63,257 nucleotides of DNA, filler included, from Octopus bimaculoides (GCF_001194135.2; 5 parts of 4 records of this genome joined end to end with filler, not necessarily neighbours in it); one strand, 5' to 3'; shown: positions 13,495 to 27,682, counted from the whole stretch's first letter. Translations and numbers: made by a program. The notes: generated by a model not told the origin, from the sequence alone.

Positions 13495-14307
13495 NNNNNN
13501 NNNNNNNNNNNNNNNNNNNNNNNNNNNNNNNNNNNNNNNNNNNNNNNNNNNNNNNNNNNNNNNNNNNNNNNNNNNNNNNNNNNNNNNNNNNNNNNNNNNN
13601 NNAGAACAAATTTGTTGTATTACACACGGGTAGAAATATTGGGAAAATAGAAGTTGAAAATGCAATGAGAACACTTACGATATGTTTATAAATATATCTA
13701 AAGCTTTAACCCGTTTTACAATTTACACTGATTTAAATAACTTTTAAAAAGTAAGACGTGGTTTATGTCCCAGCTGTTATGCCTCTGACTAGTGTTTGAA
13801 GCTTGCCCAAATTTTGTAGGGAATTCATGGCTGAAATTAGTATATGCTTTGAATAAGGTTTGATTGGTAGAGGATAGTCATATGAGTGGTCTTAGAAATG
13901 TTTGTATGGTGCTCCTTATGCTGGTGTATTGGTATCAAGTGAAAATGTTTGGGGTCGTAAGTTAAGACTGATACAGTTGACTGTATATGTCCAAACAATC
14001 AATGCTCTGAATGTTTGGAGAGAATGATCACATCATTAAGTTTGTAACCTCTTCTGCGTTTACCGCTATGTTTGTGCGTTAGTGTCACAAGACATGGCTG
14101 CGTGGACATGTTTAGTTATTATCTAGGCACACCAAATTAAATCTGTCTGGTGGGAGAGTGAACAAGAGTCGTTTGTATGTAGTCCAGTGGCTAAAAGTCT
14201 AGGCTGTTAACTGTGTAGGTTCCTTATTTGTAATTTTCTTATATTATTATACCTGTGTTCTGATTTAAGCAGTATGACAGTTGTTTTAAAGTTGAATATT
14301 ACTCGAT

Positions 14308-14519
14308 AATATTCTTTTCTATTCTAGGCACAAGCCAGGATTTTTTTTAGGAGAGGAGACCAGTGGATTAGATCGACCCAGTACGCCACTGGTACTTGAT
14401 TTATCGAATCCGAAAGGATGGAAGGCAAAGTCAACCACGGCGGAATTTGAACTCAGTACTTAAAGGACAAGGACTAATAACGTACGTCATTTTCACAAAC
14501 ACTCTAACGATTCTGCCAG
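14308..14519 (-). mobile_element. Meta-like SINE (family A)
   Basis: TAGGCACAAG...GATTAGATCGACCCAGTACG...CTGGTACTTGATTTATCGAATCCGAAAGGATGGAAGGCAAAGTCAACCACGGCGGAATTTGAACTCAG is near-identical to 56868-57031. Confidence 0.8.
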
Positions 14520-14691
14520 GGAAAATATTACCGACAAAAAAAAACAAAAAGAAATGTACAATAAAGAAAAATTACAGAAGCACAATCGGATGCATCTCGC
14601 ATATGTACACACAGCCGTACTACAAATTAGCATTAACAGGCATATAGGTACAGAACTGTTTATACATATGTACATGCATTATGTATGTATG

Positions 14692-14742
<51 letters not shown>

Positions 14743-16578
14743 ATGTATCTATGTACGTGTGTGTGCGTGTGTGTGTGTGTGTGTGAGTATATACATGCAT
14801 CAGATATATATATATATAGAGAGAGAAAGGGTAAGAGAGGAAGATAGAGATTGAGAGGGCTATATACATATATAGATACTTACATACTACATACGTACAT
14901 AGAGTCGTACACCAGCGCATCCACACACACACACATGTGTCTTAGCAACTACCAAACACGACCAGACCACACCCAGTGCACACTACTGAGTATTAATGTT
15001 TTCTTCGCATTTATGTAGATCTAAATTTGTGTCCATTATAATACATTAGCGTGGAGTCTGTTTTACTGTAGTGCCCGCCAAAAATCAATAGAACACATTG
15101 CTCGGCGCCGACCTGAAATGACAGCTATCCAACACTCTCCTACGTACTGCCAAGTTGCCGATAAGAACATGACTGCAATTCTGTTAAGTAGTCGGCTGGG
15201 AATTATGTTGGCATTTTCCCTGACTTGCGACAATTTTTTTTCCTATAATTTTCTCTGCTATAATAAACATCTATGTTTGTTTGACTTGATACCTTCAAGC
15301 AATTCTCAAGCAGTAGAGAATACTTGTAAAACTCTTCACTTTAAAATATTATTTATGATTTTTCATATTCTATAAATTATGCTTCAGATTTTATGACTTA
15401 TATCTCCTTTACTGATCATTTATTTGTGTACATCTCATTAAATTATAAACACAGATGAAAGACTCAAGAGCACACACACGCACACACACACACACACACG
15501 CACAAACTAGTACACTTACTCACACGCACTCACATGCACACACACACACACACTTATATACCATATATAATTATAAATAACACCAACAATATATATATAC
15601 CGTATATATTCATGTGTGTGTATGTAATTATATATACTTACATATATCTATATCAATCAATCTATATTATCTACATATATATACATACATACATACATAT
15701 ATATATACATATATATATATATACTTATATATATANNNNNNNNNNNNNNNNNNNNNNNNNNNNNNNNNNNNNNNNNNNNNNNNNNNNNNNNNNNNNNNNN
15801 NNNNNNNNNNNNNNNNNNNNNNNNNNNNNNNNNNNNNNNNNNNNNNNNNNNNNNNNNNNNNNNNNNNNNNNNNNNNNNNNNNNNNNNNNNNNNNNNNNNN
15901 NNNNNNNNNNNNNNNNNNNNNNNNNNNNNNNNNNNNNNNNNNNNNNNNNNNNNNTATATATATATATATATCGCATTACATATGTACATACATAGGCACA
16001 AATATATGTATGATTATGTAAGCCCATGTACGTGTGTATGCGTATTATTTTTCAATGTCTGTAATTACATGAATGGACATAACTCTGTAAAAATAGTGAA
16101 GTATAAATGAATGAATATTGATATTTGAATGTATACACTGTGATCATGTGCAAATACACATCAATAGGAGAATATAATTCGTTAATTAAATATAATAAAA
16201 AATATGTTAATATGACCTAGTTAAGACAGATTGATTGACAGAAAAGTTTAAAAGATGGACAAAATATTGTTCAGCACTAACGGTTCTCCTTTAATCTCTC
16301 CGAGGTCAAACTTACAATGTGTTTGGTACGGGTAATAGAGTACCAGTTGCTCCCTTAAGATGAAATAGTGAATTACGTACAGCCATATAAAATAATTGGA
16401 ATTCACGCTTACGTCAAAATTAATATTACCTTGGACAAATCAAAAACAAAATTATTTGTTGCATAATTGAGTTTTCGTATACTCATTCATATTACAGAGT
16501 TATACATGTGTATAGAGATTGGTAAATGCCCTCAAGCATTGTCGAGATATACACATCCGGTGCATAGATGTTGTTGCA

Positions 16579-17009
16579 TTGTTGTTGACACTCCGTCGCT
16601 TACGACGTCGAGGGTTCCAGTTGATCCGATCAACGGAACAGCCTGCTCGTGAAAATAACGTGCAAGTTGCTGAGCACTCCACAGACACGTGTACCCTTAA
16701 CGTAGTTCTCGGGGATATTCAGCGTGACACAGTGTAACAAGGCTGTCACTTTGAATGACAGGCACAACAGAAACAGGAAGTAGGAGTGAGAGAAAGTTGT
16801 GGTGAAAGAGTACAGAAGGGTTCGCCACCATCCCCTGCCAGAGCCTCGTGNNNNNNNNNNTGTGGTGAAAGAGTACAGAAGGGTTCGCCACCATCCCCTG
16901 CCAGAGCCTCGTGGAGCTTTAGGTGTTTTCGCTCAATAAACATTCACAGCGCCCGGTGTGGGAATCGAAACCGCGATCCCATGACCGTGAGTCCGCTGCC
17001 CTAACCACC
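16579..17009 (-). mobile_element. Near full-length tRNA-derived SINE (family C, tail type 1)
   Basis: On the minus strand: tRNA-like head GGTTAGGGCAGCGGACTCACGGTCATGGGATCGCGGTTTCGATTCCCA with B box, a tail shared with 41692-41938, and a (CAA)n end. Includes a duplicated 50-bp segment across a 10-N gap. Confidence 0.85.
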
Positions 17010-17083
17010 TTTTGTTCCATATTGTGAATTTATTATTTAGTAATTATACTGGTGTTAAATGTTAGTGCAGAATTGACGGTTTT

Positions 17084-17250
17084 TCAGGGGAGTGGAAAGT
17101 GAATAATACACCGATCTAAGTACTTATCTGTACTTTTTCTATCTTCCCTGAAAAGATGAAAGAGTAAGTTGATCTCGGCAGAATTTGAAGGCAGACGAAA
17201 TACCGCTAAGCGCGTTGCCCGTCATACTAAATGTTGGACTATCTCGCTGC
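17084..17250 (-). mobile_element. Degenerate Meta-like SINE (family A)
   Basis: AAAAGATGAAAGAGTAAGTTGATCTCGGCAGAATTTGAA...GACGAAATACCGCTAAGC. Confidence 0.6.
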
Positions 17251-17768
17251 CTTAATTATATGTATCAGCAAAGGAATAACGAAATGTTCCTTATTTATGT
17301 CAGTTTCTTCGAGAACCTTTTTTCGGCTTTTTAAGTTCTTGGTTCAAAAACTGAAAGTCGATTGAAGCAATTTATTTTTCCTTAATTTCCCTAACGCTGC
17401 CGCGGATGAACTCAATTATTCTTATTGATAAATGAAACTTGCGTACATACATACATATATGTGTGGTGTGTGTGTATGCATCTATGTACGTACGTATAGA
17501 GAAAGTTTCATATATACATACGTACATACACACAAACACGCAAACACACACACATATATGTATGTATGTCTCTTCAATTCTTCAATTATTATAAACCTAC
17601 CACTGAGGAGTGTGTCGGTTTCCAACAAATATGCAAAGGTCCATACTTGACATGTAGCTAACACAGACAGATTCTCATTTGGAACTTCAGAAAATTGTTG
17701 CTTATTTTTACCATTCCACTCACAAATTGGGCTTGTAATTTACGATTCAGCCGTAAAAATTCTGAAAA

Positions 17769-18690
17769 TCACGCTTTATCCTGATTCTCATTTAAGCATT
17801 TGCTAACAAAACCTAGTACACCAATTATCAATGGTACGAATAGGAATTCATTGTCTGGATATAAAACCTGGACGTCTCGAAGCAACTGTCCAGAGATATC
17901 CTCTTTTTCTTTGATTTTCAAAGAGATATTTTTTATCCACATGGCAACTAGCCTCTGTGATGGCACATACTTTTGCCCCTCTGTCCCGAAAAGCAATATC
18001 CGGCCTTTTATGCTTACATTTGACAGAAGCTCTGATAGCATATTCCACCAGTATTCCTTGAGTTGGTGTCTACGAATGTATTCCATAACTGAGGGATTTT
18101 CTAAGATTATTTCAGGAGTCTTTTTTTTTGCGGTTGGCATTGGAAATTGTTTTAACAACAACATCGTGCCGCAAAGGGAGGTATTACCGTGACGACATTT
18201 TAGGGCAGCTGCTAATCACATGCGTAATGTCTTTCATAGAAACGTGACATAACCTACGCATGCGGTTGCACCTTGGGATTACAATAGCGTCACTGTCTCT
18301 CTTTTTCAACAGGTACTTTGTGGCAATCATTTCTTTCTGGATTTCAAATGAATAGCCTTCAAAGTGTGATGTGATGTGATGTAATTGTCTTGGGTCCAAG
18401 AAAAGCTACGCCTCGTGTCAAGTCTATTGCCGTCTTCAACCTTCTGGGCAACCTACCGATGCATGGTCTTTTTATTTTCTTTTTTATATAGTGAGTGCTT
18501 TCCATCCAGGCCTTCTTTGAAGTAAGTGAGACCACCTGTTTTGAGGTTACATAGGAGATTATCAGGAAGAGAGTCTTTCTTGATGAGTTCACTGCCAACT
18601 AGTACAATGTTGCTCACTTTACTATTCAGGACTTCATTAATATATTTATATTTGCAGCTGTTGCTTAGCAGGTGCTGCCAGTGTGATACC
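17769..18690 (-). mobile_element. Decayed non-LTR retrotransposon 3' region with restriction-like endonuclease (R4/NeSL/CRE-type)
   Basis: Joined minus frames give SWTQDNYITSHFEGYSFEIQKEMIATKYL...RLCHVSMKDITHVISSCPKMSSR*YLPLRHDVVVKTI...WWN...KCKHKRPDIAFRDRGAKVCAITEASC...NISLKIKEKEDISGQLLRDVQVLYPDNEFLFVPLIIGVLG. This is a zinc knuckle plus RHD plus PD-(D/E)xK-type nuclease, with stops and frameshifts. Confidence 0.85.
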
Positions 18691-18743
18691 ATACGGCTTC
18701 GTTATCGTAAGAGAAATCAGTGGCTTTGGTCAATTGATGATAT

Positions 18744-19057
18744 GCACTCCTACTGCCTGACCATGCCCCAGCACATACTGTCGAATAGATCAAGCGCAAA
18801 CTTAAGGAACTCGAGAGGCTGGAAGTGCTGCCTCACTCCGCCTACATTCCAGACCTTGTCTCATCAACATTCCACCTATTCTGAGTCATGGATCGTTTTC
18901 TACATAGACGAAGGTTCGAAACTGAGAATGAGGCTGAAAATGAGTGCAGGGATTTTTTGCCTCTAAACCAGCCATATTGTATAAGCATGGAACTGAGCTT
19001 CTAGCTCAACAATGGCAGTAGAATATAGAATATGCAGATATTTTAAGTTTTACATAG
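18744..19057 (+). mobile_element. Mariner transposase C-terminal pseudogene fragment
   Basis: Plus frame ALLLPDHAPAHTVE*IKRKLKELERLEVLPHSAYIPDLVSSTFHLF*VMDRFLHRRRFETENEAENECRDF matches the mariner HDNARPH and HPPYSPDLAPSDFHLF motifs. Confidence 0.85.
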
Positions 19058-19657
19058 AATGACAAGCTCATGTTCACTACAATTTTAAGGTCGTCCAAAC
19101 CTAATGGACAAGCTAGCCAGAAGCTAGACCCTCTTAGAGAATCTGAAGGGCTCAACTTTAGCATCCAACCGGCCGATGCACAACTTTTAAGCAGTCAGAA
19201 CAGATGCGATTACGCTTCTTTTCCAATAGTACACATTTTCTACAGGCAGTCCAGCACCTAAACTTGTATATCATCACTAAAAATAAAGTGCAAGGCGAAT
19301 ATCGGCATGATTCGAAATCAGAACGCAAGATACGTTACAAAATATCGTATGGAATTTTCTCCGAAGCTTTATAAGTCAGATTATTTGCTTCATATTTATG
19401 TGTTTGTGTGTATTTTCCTATGCACACACACACACACACACACATACACACACCGACACACACACACACACACACACACACTTACATACACACAGAGACA
19501 CACACACACACACACACACGCACGTATATGAGAGTGACTTTCCCAGTTATGTGTATTCTTTAGAAATTCTACGCATCGTGTTTCATCCATTTACAACAAT
19601 CGGTAACATAAATATTAAAGCATAAAATCGATCAAATATACCAGACTGAAATAACTA

Positions 19658-19745
19658 CACGGGTCGATATGATCAAATAGACGTCTTGATGGTGGTACCT
19701 CAGCATGGCAGCTGTCCAATGACTGAAACATGGAAAGAAGTAAAA
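19658..19745 (+). mobile_element. 3' end of family B SINE
   Basis: GGGTCGAT...TGGTGGTACCTCAGCATGGCAGCTGTCCAATGACTGAAACA is similar to 58963-59020. Confidence 0.5.
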
Positions 19746-20639
19746 GAATGCAGAAAAACATATAAGTGGTAATTGATTTTTGTATTGTAAGTTGTGTATC
19801 TGTAAGTAGTCTGCTTTATCATTTTGCCATCAGAATTAATGTCACATTCAAATATTCTTCCACGCGGACGAGAAAGAAATTTGTTTAATATGTCCCCCAT
19901 TTTTGTTCATTTCAAAATTTTCCAGCTCATTCTTTAGATACTAATTACAAACGGATATTGCTGGTTCTATTTTACATAGATCTTATGTTTCTACTCTCCA
20001 CTAATGGGGACGTGTCGTCAGTGAGAAAGCCTCTTTTCAGTTGCAGAACTGGCATAAAGCAGTTGCAAGATTCCATCAGATATTTCTCTATTTCCTCTTA
20101 AATAACCGTAAGATTGGCATAATACTGCACGCCCTTAACATAACGCAATACACGCCGATAAAATACTTGTAAAAACATGTCTACTGAATAATGACTGGTA
20201 AGATGGAAGAAATATTGCAACATATTCTACCACATAACAAGCATTTCTCGCAACTTTAATATTGTTTTTTGAGATATAATTTGTTTTCTTGAATGTTTTT
20301 TTTTACTCCCTGTAAATTTAGATTTCAGTTCTGCTAGGAGGCAGTGTGTCTACAACCATCATATGATTGCTTTTTGCAGCTAAAGGCTATGATCATGATT
20401 TGGCAACAATAAGATAGTAGATAAATAAAAACAAATCATTACCTTATGAATTTTAATATCTTTAATTGCGTTCACTTTGTTAATATTGTTCATAATTTGC
20501 TTGTTGTACCTTCCTAAATTTTCCAGCGTCTTCCTTTATCCTAAATATGTCGGTCCATAGTTAATTATCGATAACCCACTCTCATATTTACAAATATTCA
20601 GTTTCTCTTTTTGTTATGCCTATAATAGTTTCAGTTTGT

Positions 20640-21000
20640 TCTTTTTATTTCATACCTTTCTTGTCATCATTATAATCATCATCGCCAGCATTTTCATCTT
20701 TATCTTCCTTTTCTCAAAACTATTTTCACTATGACCACTCTTATAATCAACTTAATTATTCTTTCATCGTGTTCATTATAAAATTCATACTCTCTTTCTA
20801 ATTATCATGAGCATTACATCATCATAACCATCTTTGTTTTCTCACAGACGTCATCATAACGCTGTCATCAGAAATATCCTCCTATCACCATCTTCAACAT
20901 CATGTCTTCATCGTTATTATTTTGTACTCTCATCAACACAATCATTCTCATCATTATTTGCATCTACAAAATTGTAGCCATCAGCAACACAGACAAAATT
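20640..21000. repeat. Decayed (CAT)n-like low-complexity tract
   Basis: Many TCATCA/CATCAT/ATCATT units interspersed with mutations. Confidence 0.6.
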
Positions 21001-24000
21001 CAATATTTTTGCATGCTAAGTTAGTCATTCTACAGCTAAATGATGAGAAACAGATCGAAAGGTTGTAACTAAATTTCTGAAATGTTGAACGAAATGAGAG
21101 TTGGGGATATACGCGTAATAAATTCTTAGTAGTTTAACGAAAAATCTAACGAAGCAAACGCAACATCCTAGTATCCTGTTTCACTATCACTTGCATGCAA
21201 TTTTCAAGCATGCTACTATTTATAACGTTATATAAACACCATTACAAGAAGGAGTGATATTTCGCAATTTGAAAATCACTCAAAACAGGACAATTATTAG
21301 TTTTCTTTCACTGAGACTGTTCGCTTTGTATTTGATCGGAAAGAAAAGAAAATGAACATTTATTTTTTAGTAGTTTCACCACCATGAACGCGAAATTCAA
21401 TATCGAATCGGAGAAAGCTCTAGCGCTAATATTATATCAGTAATATAATGGCTTAAACACCAATGTAATGTTAATACACTTAATTATATAACTATTATTA
21501 TTTTTATGACAGTTTAAAATTTTCAATTAGTATATCGTTTATATTTCCACAAAAAAAATGTGTTTTAATATACAATTGTTTAAAATAATCTACTTTGGTG
21601 GGAAGGAATAACATGACGGAGATTGTTATTCAGATTGTTAGAAGCAAATCCAAATCTGCAGTCTTCAGACACTCAACAGTACCAATAACGTTAATAATGC
21701 TATCTAAACCAATATTTTATTACGAATGTTCATTTATTGATTTCTGGTATAATCTTCAGTGCTAATACCATAGTAGTAATATTTTAAAAGTAACGTGATT
21801 AATATTTAATATGAGCACGACTTGCTGCCCAACTTTATTGGCACATACATTAGTTTCGTTGTCAGTTTATTTTGACAAGACATGGCGGAGTCTAAAATGA
21901 GGAAACGGCTGTTAATGATGTTATCTTTAATCCAGCTGTATTTTTTTTTATTTTTAATACATCCTTTGTTTATTCATTTTACTCTTTTCACTGGTTTTGT
22001 TTCATAAATAGAAGATGAAAGAGACAAAAACATCTCTGAATGGGTCAATGCTCCGAAGCTTTGATATCCAACATGAGGCTGACAACAGAATGAGTAGCCT
22101 TTTAAGAGATATATCGCTCAAAGCTGTTTCAAAATTGGCATAGATTAAAAGGGGGGAACATACATTTTTTTTTTCTTCCGATTGAATACATCAAGCTTTG
22201 ATTTATTCACAGTTCACTGTCAGATAAGTTTCGGTTTGAATATGACATTCTGATGTATATTTATTGATGAGATCACTGTATTGCTGCTATTAAGCTCTTT
22301 TGAAAACTGACATCTAGTATCGATAACCTACGTAATATTGATTTCTGACATAGGCACAAGGTCTCGATAATATACGTATTATTAATATAAATAACTAACT
22401 GCAAGCTAATAAGAAGGTCGATGATAGAATATTAAATAGTATCATTTGTGCGTTTTTCATCTGCTGATGTTAATAAGATTTTGCGATATGTCAGTGTAGA
22501 TATCAAACTAGAAATAATTTTGCCATATATCGTTAACAAAAACATGAAAAGGAAGGAGACATGAAATGCAAGCAGATATCAAATACAACAATGATTTAAA
22601 ACCAATACTCAAAAATAAAAATAAAAATGTGCTAAAAACGTATTAATTCCCTCTACTTAAAGAATACATTTGGGTAAAACGGTTCCCTATAAACTTTACG
22701 CAACTAAAGTTTCATAACAGTATGGTAGACTGGTTTTTACCGCTAATATTTTCTTATTGATACACATAGATCACGGGGCGAAAATGTTCGTTTCAAAATA
22801 ATATGATTCCGAATTAAATGCCACCAAAGATTATACTACGCACGTGTCTTCTATAATAGCGTCAGATAGTTGTCAGGTATGGAAACGTGTTACATGACTA
22901 AATCTGCATTTGTGAGTTAAAACCTATTTCGCTAACCTGCTTAGCAACACTGTTTAAGAGAGTTAACATTGAATTTAGCAATACGGTTTAGGAGATTTCA
23001 CATCTGTATTTAGCAACTCTGCCTTCGGTTAAACTTATATTTTTCATTAAGTGATGCAGAAGCAAATCTTACACCTCACTGAAAATATTTCACCCAACCG
23101 ATTATCCCTGAAATGCTTCACTTTCTAAATTCGTCTTTGGCTATAATTTTAAATTCGTAGCTAATCTATAAATTTTGAAACTGATCATTCACTGTACTAT
23201 TTATAAGAGGTGGTGGCAACAATAACGAAAATAATCACCAAGAGTTTTGCGTACGGCCTTTGTTTATCACGTATGTAATAACGTGATACAGATTGGTCAC
23301 ATAACAAAATGAAAAAAAGAAATGAATAAGTAAATAAAACAAAATAAAATAGAAAATATAATACTGTCACTTTGATGAAGAATAATGACAAAGATAAAAG
23401 CTCAATATTTCGCGTCGAATTTTGATTTTCAAAATCAAACATATGTCTCTTGAGTAAAATTTAAAATTATGAGAAAACTATCGTTGTGCGTAAATAAACA
23501 ACATCTATATTGACGTACGCATACAGACATACACAACAAAAAACATACACATGGACAAACTCAGACACATTTTCCCACAGATACACCTACGTAGACGCAC
23601 AGTAGAAACCGATATACAGTGACATAGGAACACGCACAAACTCAAACGCACACTCACACACATACAAACACACACACACATGCTTATTTAAAAATTAGAA
23701 TGTTTAGTCGTTTAGTGCTTACATCTACTCCAATATTTATATGTAACTATCTATCCGTCTACTTATCTCTATATACACCTATGTAACTATGTATAAATGT
23801 ATGCATGCACATGCGTTTGTGCATCTGCACGTATGAGTGAAATAAGAGCAATTATATACAATTGGGAATTCAACATTTTTTTATAGTTTATTAAATATTA
23901 TTTATTCAAAGGCGGAAATTATATTTCACATCAAGACTATTAGATTCGCCGTTTCATGGCACTTTAGGGAATGTGAAAATACATATATTGTTCCACATAT

Positions 24001-24165
24001 ATATACGCTGGTGACAACTAGTAAATTGGAATACAACATTTTACTTAACCATCAATGTATGAAGGTGAAACAATGTACATGGTTCTATATTGCTTGTAAT
24101 AGCATATTATGGTAATATCTTCGAATATGATATGTATACGCATAAACACACACACACACACACAC

Positions 24166-24212
<47 letters not shown>

Positions 24213-24330
24213 TGCATACTTGGAAATGGATGCATCGCTTTCAGTCATATAACAAAAGTAGTATAGTATGTATGTATATATATATANNNNNNNNNNNNNN
24301 NNNNNNNNNNNNNNNNNNNNNNNNNNNNNN

Positions 24331-24342
24331 TTAATTAATTAA
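24331..24342. other. Synthetic scaffolding linker TTAATTAATTAA
   Basis: Flanked by exactly 44 N on each side (100 bp total) and has stops in all six frames. Confidence 0.95.
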
Positions 24343-27174
24343 NNNNNNNNNNNNNNNNNNNNNNNNNNNNNNNNNNNNNNNNNNNNATATATATATATAT
24401 ATATGTATGTATATATATATATGTATGTATATGTATGTATATGTATATACATGTATATATATACATATGAATATATATATATATGTATATTATACATGTA
24501 TATACGCGCGTGTGTGTGTGTGTGTGTGTGTAAGTATTATAGGTTTCAAGGAAAAGGCAACTTTCGAGATACTGACAACCAAAAAGAGCCGATTATTTTC
24601 ATCAATATATTTCTTTTTCAAAGACGCAATACCTCATATAATATATATAATATATAGATATACAAAATATATATACATACAAGGCTCCAAGCATCGATTA
24701 TCCCAGGGATCGACAACCCTCTTACTGTGGCATGTACACGCATTTTTATACGCTCACACATACACACACACACACACTTACACACACACACACACACACA
24801 GATATAAACATAGAGGTGTTTGACACGTTTCCCACTAAGAATAATAGAGGATATTCGTTGATGAATAGCTATTGTTAGAGCTTTAATATATTGACAGAAG
24901 CATTTGGCATAATCTTTTGACTATCGCATCCATCTATTTACCGAATAAATGTAAAAAATTTGTCAAAGAGAATTTCAGACATGGGACAGTGTATACATAT
25001 ATGTGTATAGAGAGAAGGGGATATGATAGATAGATATATAAGTAGTCCTTCTCTCTCTCCCTATATANNNNNNNNNNTATGTACGTATGTATATGTATGC
25101 AGAGGCACATGAATACCGCGTTTTAATCATTCTCGTTTAAACATAAAAGGTGAAATACATTTCAATGAAAGAATGATTGAACATACATTGAATAAAATGC
25201 AATTCGTTAGAGATCACGTAATTCAAAATTGAATGATGTGTTGAATATTAAATATATAATTTCTGCATAAAGTGTCTTATACAATATTCACTTTGTGGTT
25301 ATTGTGATTGAACCTTACGAGAATAGTTTTAATTCTTTTCAATTGATTCCTACGTTATAGAGCGTTTGGCTACAGAGAAACGTTAAGCCACCGAAATAGT
25401 TTCTAAGTGATCACTTACCCTGCTAAATCCTCTCCTGACAGTCTTGTAGCTATGTCTAATATGTAAGCACAGAATGTAATCCTATATGATCTTCAATCGA
25501 TGGGATGGCAACAGCATTCATTTGATCGTATTTCTGTATTCAATTTGAGCTTTCTTTAGTTAGAAAACAAGGCAAGGAAATGATGGCGAAGGTAAGACGA
25601 ATATACTGTGATATAATACCACAGTCTCTGCCTCATCATCGCAATGACGAGAACAACAACAACGGAAATAAGAGGGGGAAAATGAAATTTTTATAAGGAT
25701 CCAGAGGATAGTATTTTAATGGCTGAAGTCTTACATTCCATTGACTCGAATGACACAACTGCAATATTTTCAATTGGAATGCTATTCGTAGATGTTATTG
25801 CAAATAGAAATATTTTCTGTAACTAAAGTTTTCCGCTATATTTAATTCAAATAGACATATTTAAATACATTTTAAAGACAGAACCAGACGGATTCACTCA
25901 AAGCATATATAAAAATGAAGATTATTGATATAAGCTGAAACTTTATAGATTATATTTTTAGTTTCCACATCGTCTTTCCGGTTTTTCTTATTTGTCAGTT
26001 AGGCTTTAAATATTAATCCAATTTGTGTCCAGTTTCCACAGACATCTCTGGTCAAGTAGACATAAGATTAATTGCTTTTATATTTGGATTTTCATAACTA
26101 TCGTCTTTAACATGAAATTATTTGTCATGCGTTTGATATCCTATTTTAAATTATCTGATTCTCTTTGTAGAAAACGAGGAATTAAATAATTTCATGATTG
26201 TTTTTCTTTCTAAAGATGTACTCTAATTTTAAAGCAGACCAAATAGGTGTTTTGGTCGAGAAGTGTGCCATGCAATTCATAGCAGTTTTTGTTTTAATAT
26301 TCAGAAAAATCTGTTTCGAAATCAATCATATAGTCTTCAAATTTCATGCAAATATTTCTCTTTAAAAATCTAATGTGAATTTTCAGTTTGAATTAAATTA
26401 TAGTTCATACTTTTCATTTTTAGATTAATAGAAATGAAATTATTTATGCCACATTCTATACAGTATATTTCTTTCTGACTGACGGAAAGCTTAGTTAGAT
26501 CTGGACATATCTGATCTCATACTTTGGAAAGTCGTAATTCTGTATCGCAATGTCTTGATCGTGTGACCCGTTGGTCAAAAACGCATCCTATCACTTCCGG
26601 CATTTCCATGTAATATTAATAATGCCAATGTATTTCTAAATATGATTGAGGTATTAGTCGACGTTTAATATAATGTTTAATATACTACCATTACATTGCT
26701 CGAGTGGCTTACGGAATTATATGCCTCTTTAACGCTCTCAAACAAAACAGAACCATTGAATAATTTCAAATATTTTTACAGCAGATTATGAGAAAATCTG
26801 GATTTTAAAGCGATTAATATTGAAATAACCGGCTGATCACACAAAATTCATAAAGAAATCTCCAAATGTTCGTCTTATTTTGTTTTCCAAAATTCCATAA
26901 TTTCTTATTCCCAAGGTTGTTGTTTGACTAACGTGACAGCACATCAAAAAATATTGTTACTATAGCAACACATTAATTACGACCCAGATCGGGAAATATG
27001 TGACCTTTGTAGGATAATCAACTGCTACCTTCTGAAAGCATACTCCATTTATCCGTCAGTTTATGCGAGAAAAACACGGATATTAGTTATTTTAAAGAAT
27101 CAGCACAATAGCAAACTAATTGTTTATCCGGTGATTATTTTTCGTTTTTTCTTTTACTTTTTTTTTCTATTTTG

Positions 27175-27245
27175 CTTTAGTCCTCGGGCTGTGACCATGC
27201 TGGAGCACCACTACGAAGGCTTTCGTCAATCACATCGCTTTCAGT
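27175..27245 (-). mobile_element. 3' end of family B SINE
   Basis: GGGCTGTGACCATGCTGGAGCACCAC is the reverse complement of the GGTG..CCAGCATGG..CAG tail seen at 19690-19730 and 58997-59020. Confidence 0.5.
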
Positions 27246-27638
27246 AATTACTCCAGCCTTTTTCTTTCGCAAAACAGAAAACTTGCTATTGTCGAGTGTG
27301 GTTGGGACAACCAAAGTGGCAAACACATAGGTATATATACATGCACACATTCACAAATATATATGTATACACACACCACACATACACACACTGGTTTTTA
27401 TTCAGAGTGATATATAAGACAACGTATAAATAATGATCGACATATGGCACTAACCAAAGTAGTATTAATATTTCTAGGTCGTTCAATGTATATGTATGTG
27501 TGTATATACAATATATACATTACATATATGACTATTATTTTCACGCACCTACATTTAAGTATATATTTTCATATACGGACACATATAGGATATAGGGAGA
27601 GAGACAGAGAGTGTTACTCAGTTAGATAAACAGACAGT

Positions 27639-27682
<44 letters not shown>

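Noticed and set aside
16799-16912. Exact ~50-bp tandem duplication across a 10-N gap
   Set aside because: Identical sequence on both sides of a minimal gap indicates an unmerged contig overlap.
19971-20029. Minus-strand CTGACGA...GAAACATA-agatc-TATGT-A resembling a hammerhead
   Set aside because: Helix III is good, but there is no helix I pairing at the cleavage site and no helix II closing the core. Consistent with chance.
20830-20875. Minus-strand CTGATGA...GAAA
   Set aside because: Lies in a decayed (CAT)n tract where TCATCAG is expected, and there is no helix III.
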